A stretch of 64,000 bases of DNA from contig CAMCQH010000001.1 in NCBI GenBank assembly GCA_945877035.1, positions 64,258-128,257 of the forward strand. The letters are read 5' to 3'. The position numbers were made by a program, and so were the translations under genes. The stretch comes from an uncultured Clostridium sp. Its GTDB lineage: Bacteria > Bacillota > Clostridia > TANB77 > CAG-508. Under the pieces are notes generated by a model. The model did no database searches. It saw only the letters and a list, made by a program, of their open reading frames with translations, and was not told where the DNA came from. Positions 8,990 through 18,689 of the stretch are shown here, in pieces (position 1 is the first letter of the stretch; each line of letters opens with the position of its first letter).

Positions 8990-9317
8990 TTTATCCCTTT
9001 CTTTCTTGAAATGGATTTTATCATATTTCTATAAATTATTCAACTAATATGATTATAATATCAATAATAAGTTAGCCTGTTATTCTATCAAAAGTTCTAA
9101 CATAGTTCTAACACTTAATTCAAAATTTTAGAAAAGAATTTTTTTGCTTTTTCTTGCATATTTATCAATGCTTGTGCTATAATCTCCTACAGATAAGCTA
9201 AATAGGTTAGTTATCAAAAGAGATTAATTGATGTTATCTAATGGTAAAAGATGAGGTGCGTTAAATTCTAAAAATCCTGTAGCTTTATAATATATATACT
9301 TTAAAAATATTTATGTA

Positions 9318-9884
9318 TTATGCATTTGTTGTACTATCTCCATCAAATGGAATAAATTTATTAACAATACTTTGTTGCTCAACACCTTCTGCTCTAAAAG
9401 TCATAAAAGATGTATTTATTTTGTTTTCAATTTGCTCCTCTATTTCTTCTTGGTTAGCATGTTCTGCTAAAACTAATTCACTAACTAATATTTGTTTTGC
9501 ATTATTAAGCATTTTCTTTTCACCTGTAGAAAGTCCTTTTTCTTTTTGTTTAAAACTTAAATTTCTAACTACATCTGCAACTTCATAAATATCTCCGCTT
9601 TTCATTTTATCCATGTTATCTCTATATCTTTTATTCCAATTTTTTTCCATTTCAGTTTCATCTTCACTAAGTACTTTGAAAACTTTTTCTGCTGATTGTT
9701 TATCTATTATATTTCTTACACCTACTTCTTCTGCCTTAGCTGTTGGTATCATTACTTTTACATTGCTTGGCATTTTTAAGATGTAATATGATTGTTTCTC
9801 ACCTAAAATATCTTTTTCTTCTATTGAATCTATTGTCCCTGCTCCGTGCATTGGGTAAACTATTTTGTCTCCTACATTAAACAT
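9318..9884 (-). CDS. carD: CarD-family transcriptional regulator
   Basis: MFNVGDKIVYPMHGAGTIDSIEEKDILGEKQSYYILKM is the CarD_CdnL_TRCF N-domain. ATG 9884 sits behind RBS AAGGGAG; the track start 9893 is a TTG. Confidence 0.8.
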   Translation of the reverse strand: MFNVGDKIVYPMHGAGTIDSIEEKDILGEKQSYYILKMPSNVKVMIPTAKAEEVGVRNIIDKQSAEKVFKVLSEDETEMEKNWNKRYRDNMDKMKSGDIYEVADVVRNLSFKQKEKGLSTGEKKMLNNAKQILVSELVLAEHANQEEIEEQIENKINTSFMTFRAEGVEQQSIVNKFIPFDGDSTTNA

Positions 9885-10104
9885 GTAAGCCAACTCCCTT
9901 CTTTATGTTTTGTCAGCAAAAAAATATTATAAAGTTAAGTCAATATGAAATAACTTTATTGGATTTTTTAACCATCTTTATTATACTACAAAAAAAATAA
10001 AAAGTCAAAGCTTTTATTTTGACTTTTTATGTAATTTTAGCTTAAAAGCCTGAAATTTCAAGTTAAAAATTTTTTATTATTTTTTTATAGTTAGACTAGT
10101 TATT

Positions 10105-10566
10105 CTATTTTGACGTTGAACCAAATCCTCCTAGTCTTTCTCCTTCAGCTTGATCATTATCTGTTATTAAGTATTTTTGAAAGATTGCTTGTGCAATCGC
10201 TTCTCCTCTTTTTATTTCTACGTCTTCTTCTTTTATGTTAATGCATTGGATAAAAATATGTCCATCATTATCTGGATTACCATAATAATCTTGGTCAATT
10301 ACTCCTGCGCTATGTGGGAATAAAATTCCTTGTTTTTTTGGTCCTGAGCTTCTAGGTACAATTAATAGAACTTCATCTGGTTGCATATAAGCTTTTAACC
10401 CTGTTTTGATTAGAGTTGGTTTCATTCCTTTTTTATAGCTCGGTAAAATTGTATCTTCTGCCGCTTCTATATCATATGCTGCTGAATATTTTGTTTTTCT
10501 AATTGGTAAGTTTATACCTTTGTCTTCAAATCCTTTTGCTACTTCAAATCCTCTTACTTTTTCCAT
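10105..10566 (-). CDS. dut: dUTP diphosphatase
   Basis: SAAYDI, PRSSG, GVIDQDYYGNPDNDG and RLGGFGST are the dUTPase motifs. Confidence 0.85.
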   Translation of the reverse strand: MEKVRGFEVAKGFEDKGINLPIRKTKYSAAYDIEAAEDTILPSYKKGMKPTLIKTGLKAYMQPDEVLLIVPRSSGPKKQGILFPHSAGVIDQDYYGNPDNDGHIFIQCINIKEEDVEIKRGEAIAQAIFQKYLITDNDQAEGERLGGFGSTSK

Positions 10567-10691
10567 TTTAATTCATTCCTTCCTTTAGGCATATTCTTAT
10601 GCCTTCTTTTTTCTTTTTACATTTTTACATATCCTCGTATAAATGTCAAGCATTTATTATTTAAAAATTTATATATTCATTCAATTAGGTT

Positions 10692-10902
10692 ATAGTTCAG
10701 TCTTAATATTATAGAGTAGTTCTGGATGTTTATATATTAAAATTTAAAATTTGTTTTGACATACTGTTTTAAACAGTCTCTCCAGAACGGTTACCGTAGC
10801 GATAAACTCCTTTTTTCCTCTTAGTATTGCGTTTGGAAAAATGAATTTTAAATTTTAATATATAAACATACAGAATGGCTCATTTTAAAACTGTAAATCA
10901 TA
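10692..10902. repeat. MITE-like hairpin element, copy 1 of the family also at 51996-52212
   Basis: Perfect 26-bp inverted arms atgtttatatattaaaatttaaaatt (10726-10751) / aattttaaattttaatatataaacat (10844-10869) flank a ~92-bp G+C-richer core. Nearly identical to the second copy. Confidence 0.85.
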
Positions 10903-10946
10903 AAAAAGATATTCTGCATCACTACAAAATATCTTTTCATTTTATA

Positions 10947-11210
10947 TTATGCTCTTGCCTCCACAATAAGCTTAATTCCGGTTCTATCTTCTCCTTCAAC
11001 CTCAACTTCTGCAAATGCTGGTATGCACACTAGGTCAACTCCTGATGGTGCTACAAAACCTCTTGCTATTGCCACCGCCTTTACAGCTTGGTTTAATGCC
11101 CCTGCTCCTATTGCTTGCATTTCTGCTTTGTTTGATTCTTTTACTAATCCAGCTATTGCTCCTGCTACTGAATTAGGGTTTGATTTTGATGAAATCTTTA
11201 AAATTTCCAT
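10947..11210 (-). CDS. spoVS: Stage V sporulation protein S
   Basis: MEILKISSKSNPNSVAGAIAGLVKE...ALNQAVKAVAIARGF is the canonical 86-aa SpoVS. Synteny rny-ymdB-spoVS as in Bacillus. Confidence 0.9.
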   Translation of the reverse strand: MEILKISSKSNPNSVAGAIAGLVKESNKAEMQAIGAGALNQAVKAVAIARGFVAPSGVDLVCIPAFAEVEVEGEDRTGIKLIVEARA

Positions 11211-11438
11211 TTTCTTTTGCCTCCTATTATTAATTTATTTTTTGTTGCAACTTTTATGATGTTATTTTACATTAATTGGAAAAAAATGTAAATAGTTTTT
11301 TGGAAATTTTTTCAAGTTTTCATCGCAATAAAAATTATATTTCGACATTTGTATTTAATTTTCGTTTTTTTAAAACTTATTCTTACTTAATTTGTGTAAA
11401 ACAGGTTTAATTCCTTAAATTTGTTTAGCAATAATTTT

Positions 11439-12212
11439 TTATTTAGTATATATTCTCTTGATGTTTGTAACTTTTGATGTTTTATCATCTACTTCAAATA
11501 TAACTCCATTAAATATACATTCTCCTTCTGCAATTTTATATCTTTCTGGAAGTGTTGTTTCAAATCTCTTTATTGATGCTTTTATATCCATTCCTATTAC
11601 AGAATGTTCTGGTCCTGTCATTCCTATATCTGTTATATATGCTGTTCCATTTGGCAATATTTTTTCATCTGCTGTTTGTACATGTGTATGTGTACCAAAT
11701 ACTGCTGTAACTTTTCCATCTAAATAATATCCTAATGCAATTTTTTCTGCTGTTGCTTCTGCATGAAAATCTACTATAATCATATCAACTTGATTTTGTA
11801 TTTTTTCTATTATTTTTTTAGCTTTTAAAAATGGATTTTCTGTTAAAATATTTATATCAACTCTTCCTATTAAGTTTATTACTGCTATTTTTTTGTCTTT
11901 GCATTTATAAATATTATATCCTTTTCCAACAACACCTTCTGGATAATTGGCTGGTCTTATTATTTTTGGATTATCTATAAATTTGAATATGTCTTTTTTA
12001 CCCCATGTGTGGTTACCCATTGTTACTACATCCACACCTTGAGATATGATGTCATTAAAGTTTTTTTCTGTAATTCCCATTCCTTCTGCTGAATTTTCGC
12101 CATTTACTATTACAAAATCTATATTTTCTTTTTCTTTTATTTCCTTTAATTTTAGTTTCAACTCATTTATTCCTGCTGATCCTATTATGTCTCCAACTGC
12201 TAAAATTTTCAA
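11439..12212 (-). CDS. ymdB: YmdB-family metallophosphoesterase (2',3'-cyclic-nucleotide 2'-phosphodiesterase)
   Basis: MKILAVGDIIGSAG...VIVNGENSAEGMGIT...GNHTW...DFHAEATAEK, and its position downstream of rny. Confidence 0.85.
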   Translation of the reverse strand: MKILAVGDIIGSAGINELKLKLKEIKEKENIDFVIVNGENSAEGMGITEKNFNDIISQGVDVVTMGNHTWGKKDIFKFIDNPKIIRPANYPEGVVGKGYNIYKCKDKKIAVINLIGRVDINILTENPFLKAKKIIEKIQNQVDMIIVDFHAEATAEKIALGYYLDGKVTAVFGTHTHVQTADEKILPNGTAYITDIGMTGPEHSVIGMDIKASIKRFETTLPERYKIAEGECIFNGVIFEVDDKTSKVTNIKRIYTK

Positions 12213-12496
12213 ATTAATTCCCTCTTTCTTTTTCTATATTCATCTTTTATTATAATACTATATATTTCAAAATTTGGCAAGTTTGCATTTTTTGTAATTT
12301 TATGTTAATATATATTAAACTCGTAAACACAAAAACCAATGGAGACACAATTGACTACTCAGCTGAAAATGATGAAATCTTGTATTATCACACAGATTTC
12401 TCACTTTATACTAGAAGTTGGGATTTGATAAGTAAAAACATTATTGAAGGATATATGTTAATAAATTTTGAAGATTTAAAAAAGTTGCTCTCACTG

Positions 12497-12534
12497 TAAA
12501 AAAAGGTTGTGACTTTTCAGTCACAACCTTTTTA
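12497..12534. terminator. Bidirectional terminator just after the rny stop
   Basis: aaggttgtgac-ttttca-gtcacaacctt flanked by an A-run and a T-run. Confidence 0.75.
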
Positions 12535-14073
12535 TCTTGCATAATCAACTGTTCTAGTTTCTCTAATAACATTAACTTTTATTTGACCTGGATAATCCAT
12601 TTCATTTTCAATCTTTTTAGATACATCTCTAGCTAAAATAGTCATTTGATCATCATTAATTTTTTCTGGTTTTACTAAAATTCTAACCTCACGACCTGCT
12701 TGAATTGCAAATGATTTTTCAACTCCATCAAATGAGTCTGCAATTTCTTCAAGATTTTGTAATCTTTTAATATATGCCTCTAATGTTTCTCTTCTAGCTC
12801 CTGGTCTTGATGCACTTATTGCATCAGCTGCTTGGATTAATACAGCTTCTAATGTTTGTGGTTCAACATCTTCGTGATGTGCCTCAACTGCATTTATTAC
12901 TAATGGATTTTCTTTGTATTTTTTAAGTACTTCTACACCTATTTCTACGTGTGTACCTTCCATATCGTGATCTAATGCTTTACCAATATCATGTAATAAT
13001 CCTGCTCTTCTTGCAAGTTTTGCATCTAATCCTAATTCTTCTGCCATAATTCTTGCTAAATTAGAAACTTCAATTGAGTGATTTAATACATTTTGTCCAT
13101 AACTTGTCCTATATTTTAATTTTCCTATTAATTTTACTATATCTGGATGTAATCCAATTACACCTGTTTCTAGGACAGCTCTTTCTCCTTCAGATTTAAT
13201 TGTTTCTTCTAATTCTTGTTTTGCTTTTTCTACTACTTCTTCTATTTTTGCTGGATGTATTCTTCCATCATCAATTAATTTCTCTAAAGCAATTTTAGCA
13301 ACTTCTCTTCTTAATGGGTCAAATCCTGATAGAACTACTGCTTCAGGTGTATCATCGATTATTAGGTCCACTCCTGTTAATGTTTCTAAAGCTTTTATGT
13401 TTCTACCTTCTCTACCTATAATTCTTCCTTTCATTTCATCACTTGGAAGTGCTACAATTGATACTGTAGTTTCTTGAGAATGGTCTGCTGCACATTTTTG
13501 AACTGCATATGTTAGTAGTTCTCTAGCAGCTTTGTGTGTTTCTTCTTTAGCTTTTTGATTTGCTTCTCTGATTATAGCAGCTTTTTCTGCTGTTACATCT
13601 TTTTCTACTTCCTTTAACAATCTAGCTTTTGCTTCTTCTCTTGTTAAAGATGCAATTTTTTGAAGTTCTTGGATTTCTTGTTCATGCATTTTTTCAATTT
13701 CTTGTTTTTGTTCTTCTAGTTCTTTTAGTCTTAATTCTAAGTCTTCTTCTTTCTTTTCAAAATTTTCTGAACGTCTGTCTAAGTTTTCTTCTTTTTGAAT
13801 AAGTCTTGTTTCTTGTCTTTGTATTTCGCCTCTTCTTTCTTTAATCTCTTGATCTAATTCATTTCTACTGTTTACAAGTTCTTCTTTAGCCTCAATAATT
13901 TTGGCTTTTTTTAGATTTTCTGCTTCAACTTTTGCCATGCTTACTATTTTTTTTGCTTCAGCTTCTGCTCCATTTATTTTAGATTCTGCAACTTTTTTTC
14001 TGTACACAATTCCTACTAGTACTCCTATTGCAAGCGAGATTAAGACAGCGGCGATAATGATTCCTATATTCAT
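12532..14073 (-). CDS. rny: Ribonuclease Y
   Basis: N-terminal TM, long coiled coil, KH domain ([11 protein letters not shown]) and HD domain (LLHDIGKA). Confidence 0.9.
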   Translation of the reverse strand: MNIGIIIAAVLISLAIGVLVGIVYRKKVAESKINGAEAEAKKIVSMAKVEAENLKKAKIIEAKEELVNSRNELDQEIKERRGEIQRQETRLIQKEENLDRRSENFEKKEEDLELRLKELEEQKQEIEKMHEQEIQELQKIASLTREEAKARLLKEVEKDVTAEKAAIIREANQKAKEETHKAARELLTYAVQKCAADHSQETTVSIVALPSDEMKGRIIGREGRNIKALETLTGVDLIIDDTPEAVVLSGFDPLRREVAKIALEKLIDDGRIHPAKIEEVVEKAKQELEETIKSEGERAVLETGVIGLHPDIVKLIGKLKYRTSYGQNVLNHSIEVSNLARIMAEELGLDAKLARRAGLLHDIGKALDHDMEGTHVEIGVEVLKKYKENPLVINAVEAHHEDVEPQTLEAVLIQAADAISASRPGARRETLEAYIKRLQNLEEIADSFDGVEKSFAIQAGREVRILVKPEKINDDQMTILARDVSKKIENEMDYPGQIKVNVIRETRTVDYAR

Positions 14074-14233
14074 GAATCTACACCTCTTTCTTATTAAATT
14101 TTCAATGTTCGAATCAAATATATATGTTTTCTTTTTGTTAATATATTTTTTTCTTACCTATTCTATTTTATCTTTATTCGCTTAAACTGTCAAGTGATTT
14201 TTGATAATTTGTTTCAATAACTGTCACCATACA

Positions 14234-14276
14234 CAAAATGTGGTCAAAAAGGGGCGTCCCTATTGACCACATTTTG
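14234..14276. repeat. GGGAC-core palindromic element abutting the pheT stop
   Basis: 14-bp stem caaaatgtggtcaa / ttgaccacattttg with loop aaaggggcgtcccta. The same loop recurs at 36475-36489. Confidence 0.75.
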
Positions 14277-16649
14277 CTATTTTCTAATTTCAATTCCTTT
14301 ATTCTCTAAATCTTTAATGATACTCTCTAAAATACTATTAATTTCATCATCATTTAAAGTTCTATCAGGTGTACCAAATGTTAATGAATATGCAATACTT
14401 CTCTTATTTTCATCAATATTTTTACCTTCATAAACATCAAACACTTTAATATCTAATAACAATTTTCCAGCTTTTTTCTTAATTAAAGTTTCAACATCTT
14501 TTGATGTCATATCTTTACTTACTAAAACTGCGATATCTTTTTTGATAGTAGGAAATTTTGAAATTTCTTTAAATTTCATTTTTCCAACTCTTTTTGCTAA
14601 AAGTTTATCTAAGTTTATTTCCATTACATAAACCGCTTCTTTTTCTACTGATGGATGTATTCTTCCTAAAATTCCTACCATATCATTATTTACTGATATT
14701 TCTGCTGTTTGACCTGGGTGGAATTCTGCTGGCATTTGTTTTGGCATTACAAAACTATATCTATTTTCATATCCTAAATAGTCTAGCAATTCTTCTGTTA
14801 CACCTTTAATATCATAGAAGTCTACATTTTTGCTACGTCCTATTCCTGTATAATATTCACCTGTCATTAACACACATATTTTTTGATTTTCTCCGTATTC
14901 TTCTTGTTTTTTCCAGAAGCCTTTTCCTATTTCAAATAAACATACATCTTTGTTTTCACGAGCTTTATTATATTCATATATTTTATATAATGATGGTATC
15001 ATACTATATCTTAATGTGTTTCTTTCTTCTGTTATTGGGTCTAATAATTTTACTTCTTCAAATTCATCTGTTGTGAATTTGTGAACATCTTTGTCATTTA
15101 TTAAGATATATGATAATGTTTCATTTAGTCCCATGTTTGACATTTTTGCTCTTATTTTTCTTGTTGTTTTGTCTAGACTTCCCATTTTCATTGGAACTAC
15201 TGGTAGTTTTCCTTCTATATTGTCAACTCCATAGATTCTTCCAACTTCTTCTATCAAATCTGCTCTTATTGATATATCTATTCTTCTTGTTGGTACTGTA
15301 ACAATTACTGAATTTTCTTTTGCATCTGTTTTGAAATCTGATTTTCTAAACACTTCTACTATATCTTCTTTAGATATATTTGTTCCAAGTACATCGTTTA
15401 TTTCTTGATATGTTATTTCTATAACTTTTTCTTTATTATCTGTTACATCATATTTTACAATTCCTGTTTCAATTTCTGCATCTGCATATTTTTCAAGTAA
15501 TGTACAAGCTCTGTCCATTGCCATATATGTTCTTGCTGGGTCTAGTCCTTTTTCAAATCTGTTACTTGCTTCACTTCTTAATATTTTATTTGATGTTTTT
15601 CTTACTTTTACTGAATCAAAAATTGCTGATTCTATTACAATGTTTTTTGTTGTTTCTTCTACTTCTGTGTCAAGTCCTCCCATAACACCTGCTAAGCCAA
15701 TTGCTTTTTTATCATCTGCAATTACTATATCTTCTGTTGATAAAGTTCTTTCAATATTATCAAGTGTTGTTAATTTTTCGCCTTCTTCAGCCATTCTTAC
15801 AACTATTTTATTTTCTAAATTATCTGCATCATAGAAGTGTAATGGTTGACCTAGTTCTAACATTACATAGTTACTTATATCTACAACATTGTTTATTGGT
15901 CTTATTCCACATGCGATTAATCTATTTTTTATGAAATCTGGACTTTCTTTTATTGTTACATTTTTTGCTTTTCTTGCTAAAAATAATTTACAATTTTCAG
16001 TATTTACATCAACTGAAAATTCTTTATTTATATCTTCACCATTTTCTTTATATGAGATTTCTACTGGTTTTACTGGTTTATTATAGATAGCACCTAATTC
16101 ATATGCCATACCTAATATACTTAGTAGGTCTCCTCTATTTGCTGTTAATTCGAAATCTATAACACCATCATCTAAGCCCATATATTTTACTGGGTCACCA
16201 CCTACAGGTGCATCTTCTGGTAATTCGTGAATTCCATTTTTGTCAGCTTCTGATAAGAATTTTTTATCAATTCCTATTTCATATAAAGCACATAACATAC
16301 CATTTGATTCTTGACCTCTTATCATTCCTTTTTTAATTTTAAAATCTCCTGGAAGTTCAGCTCCAACTTGTGCAACAATTACTTTTATTCCTTTTCTTGC
16401 ATTAGGTGCACCACATACTATATTTAAAACTTCACTTCCAATATCTACTTTGCATAAATGTAAATGGTCTGAGTCTGGATGTGGCTCACATTCTTTTATT
16501 TCTCCAATTATTAAATTTGTAGCATTTATTAGCTTTTCTGCTGAATCATATTCACTACCAGCTTTTGTCATAGCTTCTGCTATTTCTTCTACTGTTAGAT
16601 TTTCATCTAAATCTATATAATCTTTTACAAAATTTAAACTTAAATTCAT
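14277..16649 (-). CDS. pheT: Phenylalanine--tRNA ligase beta subunit
   Basis: Start at ATG 16649 (MNLSLNFVKDYIDL...) behind RBS GAGGAGG. Has tRNA-binding, B3/4, B5 and FDX-ACB regions. The upstream extension is an artefact of the repeat element. Confidence 0.9.
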   Translation of the reverse strand: MNLSLNFVKDYIDLDENLTVEEIAEAMTKAGSEYDSAEKLINATNLIIGEIKECEPHPDSDHLHLCKVDIGSEVLNIVCGAPNARKGIKVIVAQVGAELPGDFKIKKGMIRGQESNGMLCALYEIGIDKKFLSEADKNGIHELPEDAPVGGDPVKYMGLDDGVIDFELTANRGDLLSILGMAYELGAIYNKPVKPVEISYKENGEDINKEFSVDVNTENCKLFLARKAKNVTIKESPDFIKNRLIACGIRPINNVVDISNYVMLELGQPLHFYDADNLENKIVVRMAEEGEKLTTLDNIERTLSTEDIVIADDKKAIGLAGVMGGLDTEVEETTKNIVIESAIFDSVKVRKTSNKILRSEASNRFEKGLDPARTYMAMDRACTLLEKYADAEIETGIVKYDVTDNKEKVIEITYQEINDVLGTNISKEDIVEVFRKSDFKTDAKENSVIVTVPTRRIDISIRADLIEEVGRIYGVDNIEGKLPVVPMKMGSLDKTTRKIRAKMSNMGLNETLSYILINDKDVHKFTTDEFEEVKLLDPITEERNTLRYSMIPSLYKIYEYNKARENKDVCLFEIGKGFWKKQEEYGENQKICVLMTGEYYTGIGRSKNVDFYDIKGVTEELLDYLGYENRYSFVMPKQMPAEFHPGQTAEISVNNDMVGILGRIHPSVEKEAVYVMEINLDKLLAKRVGKMKFKEISKFPTIKKDIAVLVSKDMTSKDVETLIKKKAGKLLLDIKVFDVYEGKNIDENKRSIAYSLTFGTPDRTLNDDEINSILESIIKDLENKGIEIRK

Positions 16650-16664
16650 TATTTTTCCTCCTCT

Positions 16665-16815
16665 TGAGACAATTGGGACAGTCCAAAATTGTCTCATTAT
16701 TTTTGTTGTTTTTTGTCGATTTTTGTTATCGTTACCTTATTTATTTTTTATATCATTTTTCGACATTATTCTATCAATTTTATGAGACAAATTTGGACTG
16801 TCCCACATGTCTCAT
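16665..16815. repeat. Pair of inverted GGGAC-core hairpins bracketing a ~85-bp AT-rich insert in the pheS-pheT spacer
   Basis: tgagacaattgggacagtccaaaattgtctca (16665-16696) and atgagacaaatttggactgtcccacatgtctcat (16782-16815), in opposite orientation. The second overlaps the pheS stop. Confidence 0.75.
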
Positions 16816-17861
16816 TCTTCGTCCTTTCTATCAAATTGACTTAAAAATCTCACATCATTTGTGTACAAATATCTCATATCTGTTATTCCATATCTAAACA
16901 TTGCAAGTCTATCAATTCCTGTACCAAAAGCAAATCCACCAAATTTTTCTGGGTCATAACCATTCATTTTTAAAACATTTGGATGAACAATTCCGGCACC
17001 TAGTACTTCTATCCAGCCTGTTTGCTTACATAGGTTACATCCTTTTCCTCCACATTTAAAACATGTTACATCAACTTCATATGATGGTTCTGTAAATGGG
17101 AAATAACTTGGTCTAAATCTTAAATCTAGATTTGCTCCTATTATTTTTCTAACAAATACTTCTAGTGTTCCTTTTAAATCTGCTAAAGAAACATTTCTTT
17201 CTTTTTTGTCAATTACTAGACCTTCAATTTGATTAAATTGATGAGAGTGTGTTGCATCATCTTCTCTTCTATATGTTTTACCAGCTGTAATCATTCTTAT
17301 TGGTGTTTTTTCAGTATTTGCCATCATTGTTCTTGCTTGAACTGCTGATGTTTGTGTTCTTAATAAATATTCATCTGTAATATAAAAGCTATCTTGCATG
17401 TCTCTTGCTGGATGTCCTTTTGGAAGATTTAATCTTTCAAAACAGTATTCATCATTTTCAAGCTCTGGTCCTGTTACTACATCATATCCCATAGATACAA
17501 ATAAGTCTTCTATGTCTTCAATTATTCTATTTACTGGATGTAAGCTACCTCTTTTCATTTTTGTGCTTGGAAGTGTTATATCAATTTTTTCTTCCTCTAG
17601 CTTTTTATTTAATTCTTCTGTTTTGAATTTTTCTTCTTTTTCTTGAATTAATTTTTCTAATTCATCTCTTACTTCATTTACTAGACTTCCAATTACTGGT
17701 CTTTCTTCTGGAGATAATCCTCCCATTCCTCTTAGTACTGCTGTAAGTTCACCTTTTTTTCCTAAGTATTTTACTCTTATGTCATTTAATGTTTTTAAGT
17801 CTTCAGCTTTTTTGATTTCTTCTACTGAAGTTTCTTTAATTTTTGAAATTTGTTCTTTCAT
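16812..17861 (-). CDS. pheS: Phenylalanine--tRNA ligase alpha subunit
   Basis: [23 protein letters not shown] and [13 protein letters not shown] are the class II aaRS motifs of PheS. Confidence 0.92.
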   Translation of the reverse strand: MKEQISKIKETSVEEIKKAEDLKTLNDIRVKYLGKKGELTAVLRGMGGLSPEERPVIGSLVNEVRDELEKLIQEKEEKFKTEELNKKLEEEKIDITLPSTKMKRGSLHPVNRIIEDIEDLFVSMGYDVVTGPELENDEYCFERLNLPKGHPARDMQDSFYITDEYLLRTQTSAVQARTMMANTEKTPIRMITAGKTYRREDDATHSHQFNQIEGLVIDKKERNVSLADLKGTLEVFVRKIIGANLDLRFRPSYFPFTEPSYEVDVTCFKCGGKGCNLCKQTGWIEVLGAGIVHPNVLKMNGYDPEKFGGFAFGTGIDRLAMFRYGITDMRYLYTNDVRFLSQFDRKDEE

Positions 17862-17892
17862 TTTTTGTATCCTTCCTTTTTTAATTACTTAC

Positions 17893-18017
17893 TGTTTTAA
17901 ATAGAATGGTTATATTGCTAGGCAGAATTCATTAAAAAGGCAAAGGCGCATACTAGTGTATGTAACTGCGTTTTTAATGAATTCTAACGACGCAAGATGG
18001 CCATTATATTTAAAACA
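17893..18017. repeat. Nested palindromic MITE-like element inserted between the T-box terminator and the pheS RBS
   Basis: Outer IR tgttttaaatagaatgg / ccattatatttaaaaca. Inner perfect 14-bp IR gaattcattaaaaa / tttttaatgaattc. The termini resemble those of the 10692/51996/37431 elements. Confidence 0.7.
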
Positions 18018-18021
18018 AATA

Positions 18022-18300
18022 TAAAAAATCCACTTCATCCTATACATATATAGGACGAAATGGATTATATTCCGTGGTACCACCTAATTTTATTAATTAA
18101 TTTTCATATTTATCAATTAACCTCATTATAGTTTTAACGGTGCAACCGCTTCTTTCTACTTAAATTAGTTGTTCAAAAGAAGTCCTAAAAAGTGAAATTT
18201 CTATATATTTTTATTTGAATATTTCTCAACCTAGAATATTCTCTCTGTAAAATAATTTTAAATATATGTACTTTGCTTTTTAATTGGATTTTCTAATATA
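18022..18300 (-). promoter_or_regulatory. T-box leader (Phe) controlling pheST
   Basis: The minus strand carries AATTAGGTGGTACCACGG (T-box motif, 18072-18089). It overlaps the terminator stem aatccatttcgtcctata/tataggatgaagtggatt followed by a T-run. An upstream AGAGAGA box and GAAAUUUCAC with UUC-A give a candidate Phe specifier. Confidence 0.8.
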
Positions 18301-18370
18301 TTTATTATATTAACACGATTTTGTTTATTTTACAAGTTTTTTTCAAAATTTTGTGATAAAAATTTTATAA

Positions 18371-18406
18371 AGGAACATTTACATAGTTTATATGCAAAAT
18401 GTTCCT
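18371..18406 (-). terminator. Terminator downstream of the SCIFF gene
   Basis: Stem aggaacattt / aaatgttcct. On the minus strand it is followed by a T-rich run. Confidence 0.6.
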
Positions 18407-18422
18407 CTTTTTGAAACCTGTA

Positions 18423-18569
18423 CTACTTATTAGGATTCTCGCACTTCTGATTTCCTACTGTGCAGGAAGTCTTACATGCTGACTGGCATGATGTCTGGCA
18501 CTCGCCACAACCGCCATGTTTAAGACTGTTTGTTAATGTCTTTCCCGTAATAGTTTTTACATGTTTCAT
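18423..18569 (-). CDS. scfA: SCIFF six-cysteine ranthipeptide precursor (48 aa)
   Basis: Below the ORF-track cutoff. Own translation gives MKHVKTITGKTLTNSLKHGGCGECQTSCQSACKTSCTVGNQKCENPNK, RBS GGTGGTG. GGCGECQTSCQSACKTSCTV is the SCIFF signature, with six Cys. Confidence 0.9.
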   Translation of the reverse strand: MKHVKTITGKTLTNSLKHGGCGECQTSCQSACKTSCTVGNQKCENPNK

Positions 18570-18689
18570 TTTTTCACCACCTTTTATAAATGTGCGTGGT
18601 TTATAGTTACGAATACTAATTTTTTAGTACATCGAATAGTATATATTAAAATTATATTGTTGTCAAAATTTATTTAAATTATAATAATA

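Noticed and set aside
12302-12499. 65-aa ORF between ymdB and rny.
   Set aside because: It has no RBS before the ATG and sits in the ymdB upstream region. It cannot be excluded as a small gene, but it is not supported.
14594-16086. Many 60-80-aa Leu/Phe/Ile-rich ORFs on the strand opposite to long genes. Examples: 14594-14809, 15110-15301, 15500-15934, 24040-24525, 34696-35334, 47069-47647, 59526-60128, 62076-62621.
   Set aside because: They are antisense shadows of well-supported genes in an AT-rich genome. They have low-complexity composition, no RBS and no recognisable domains.
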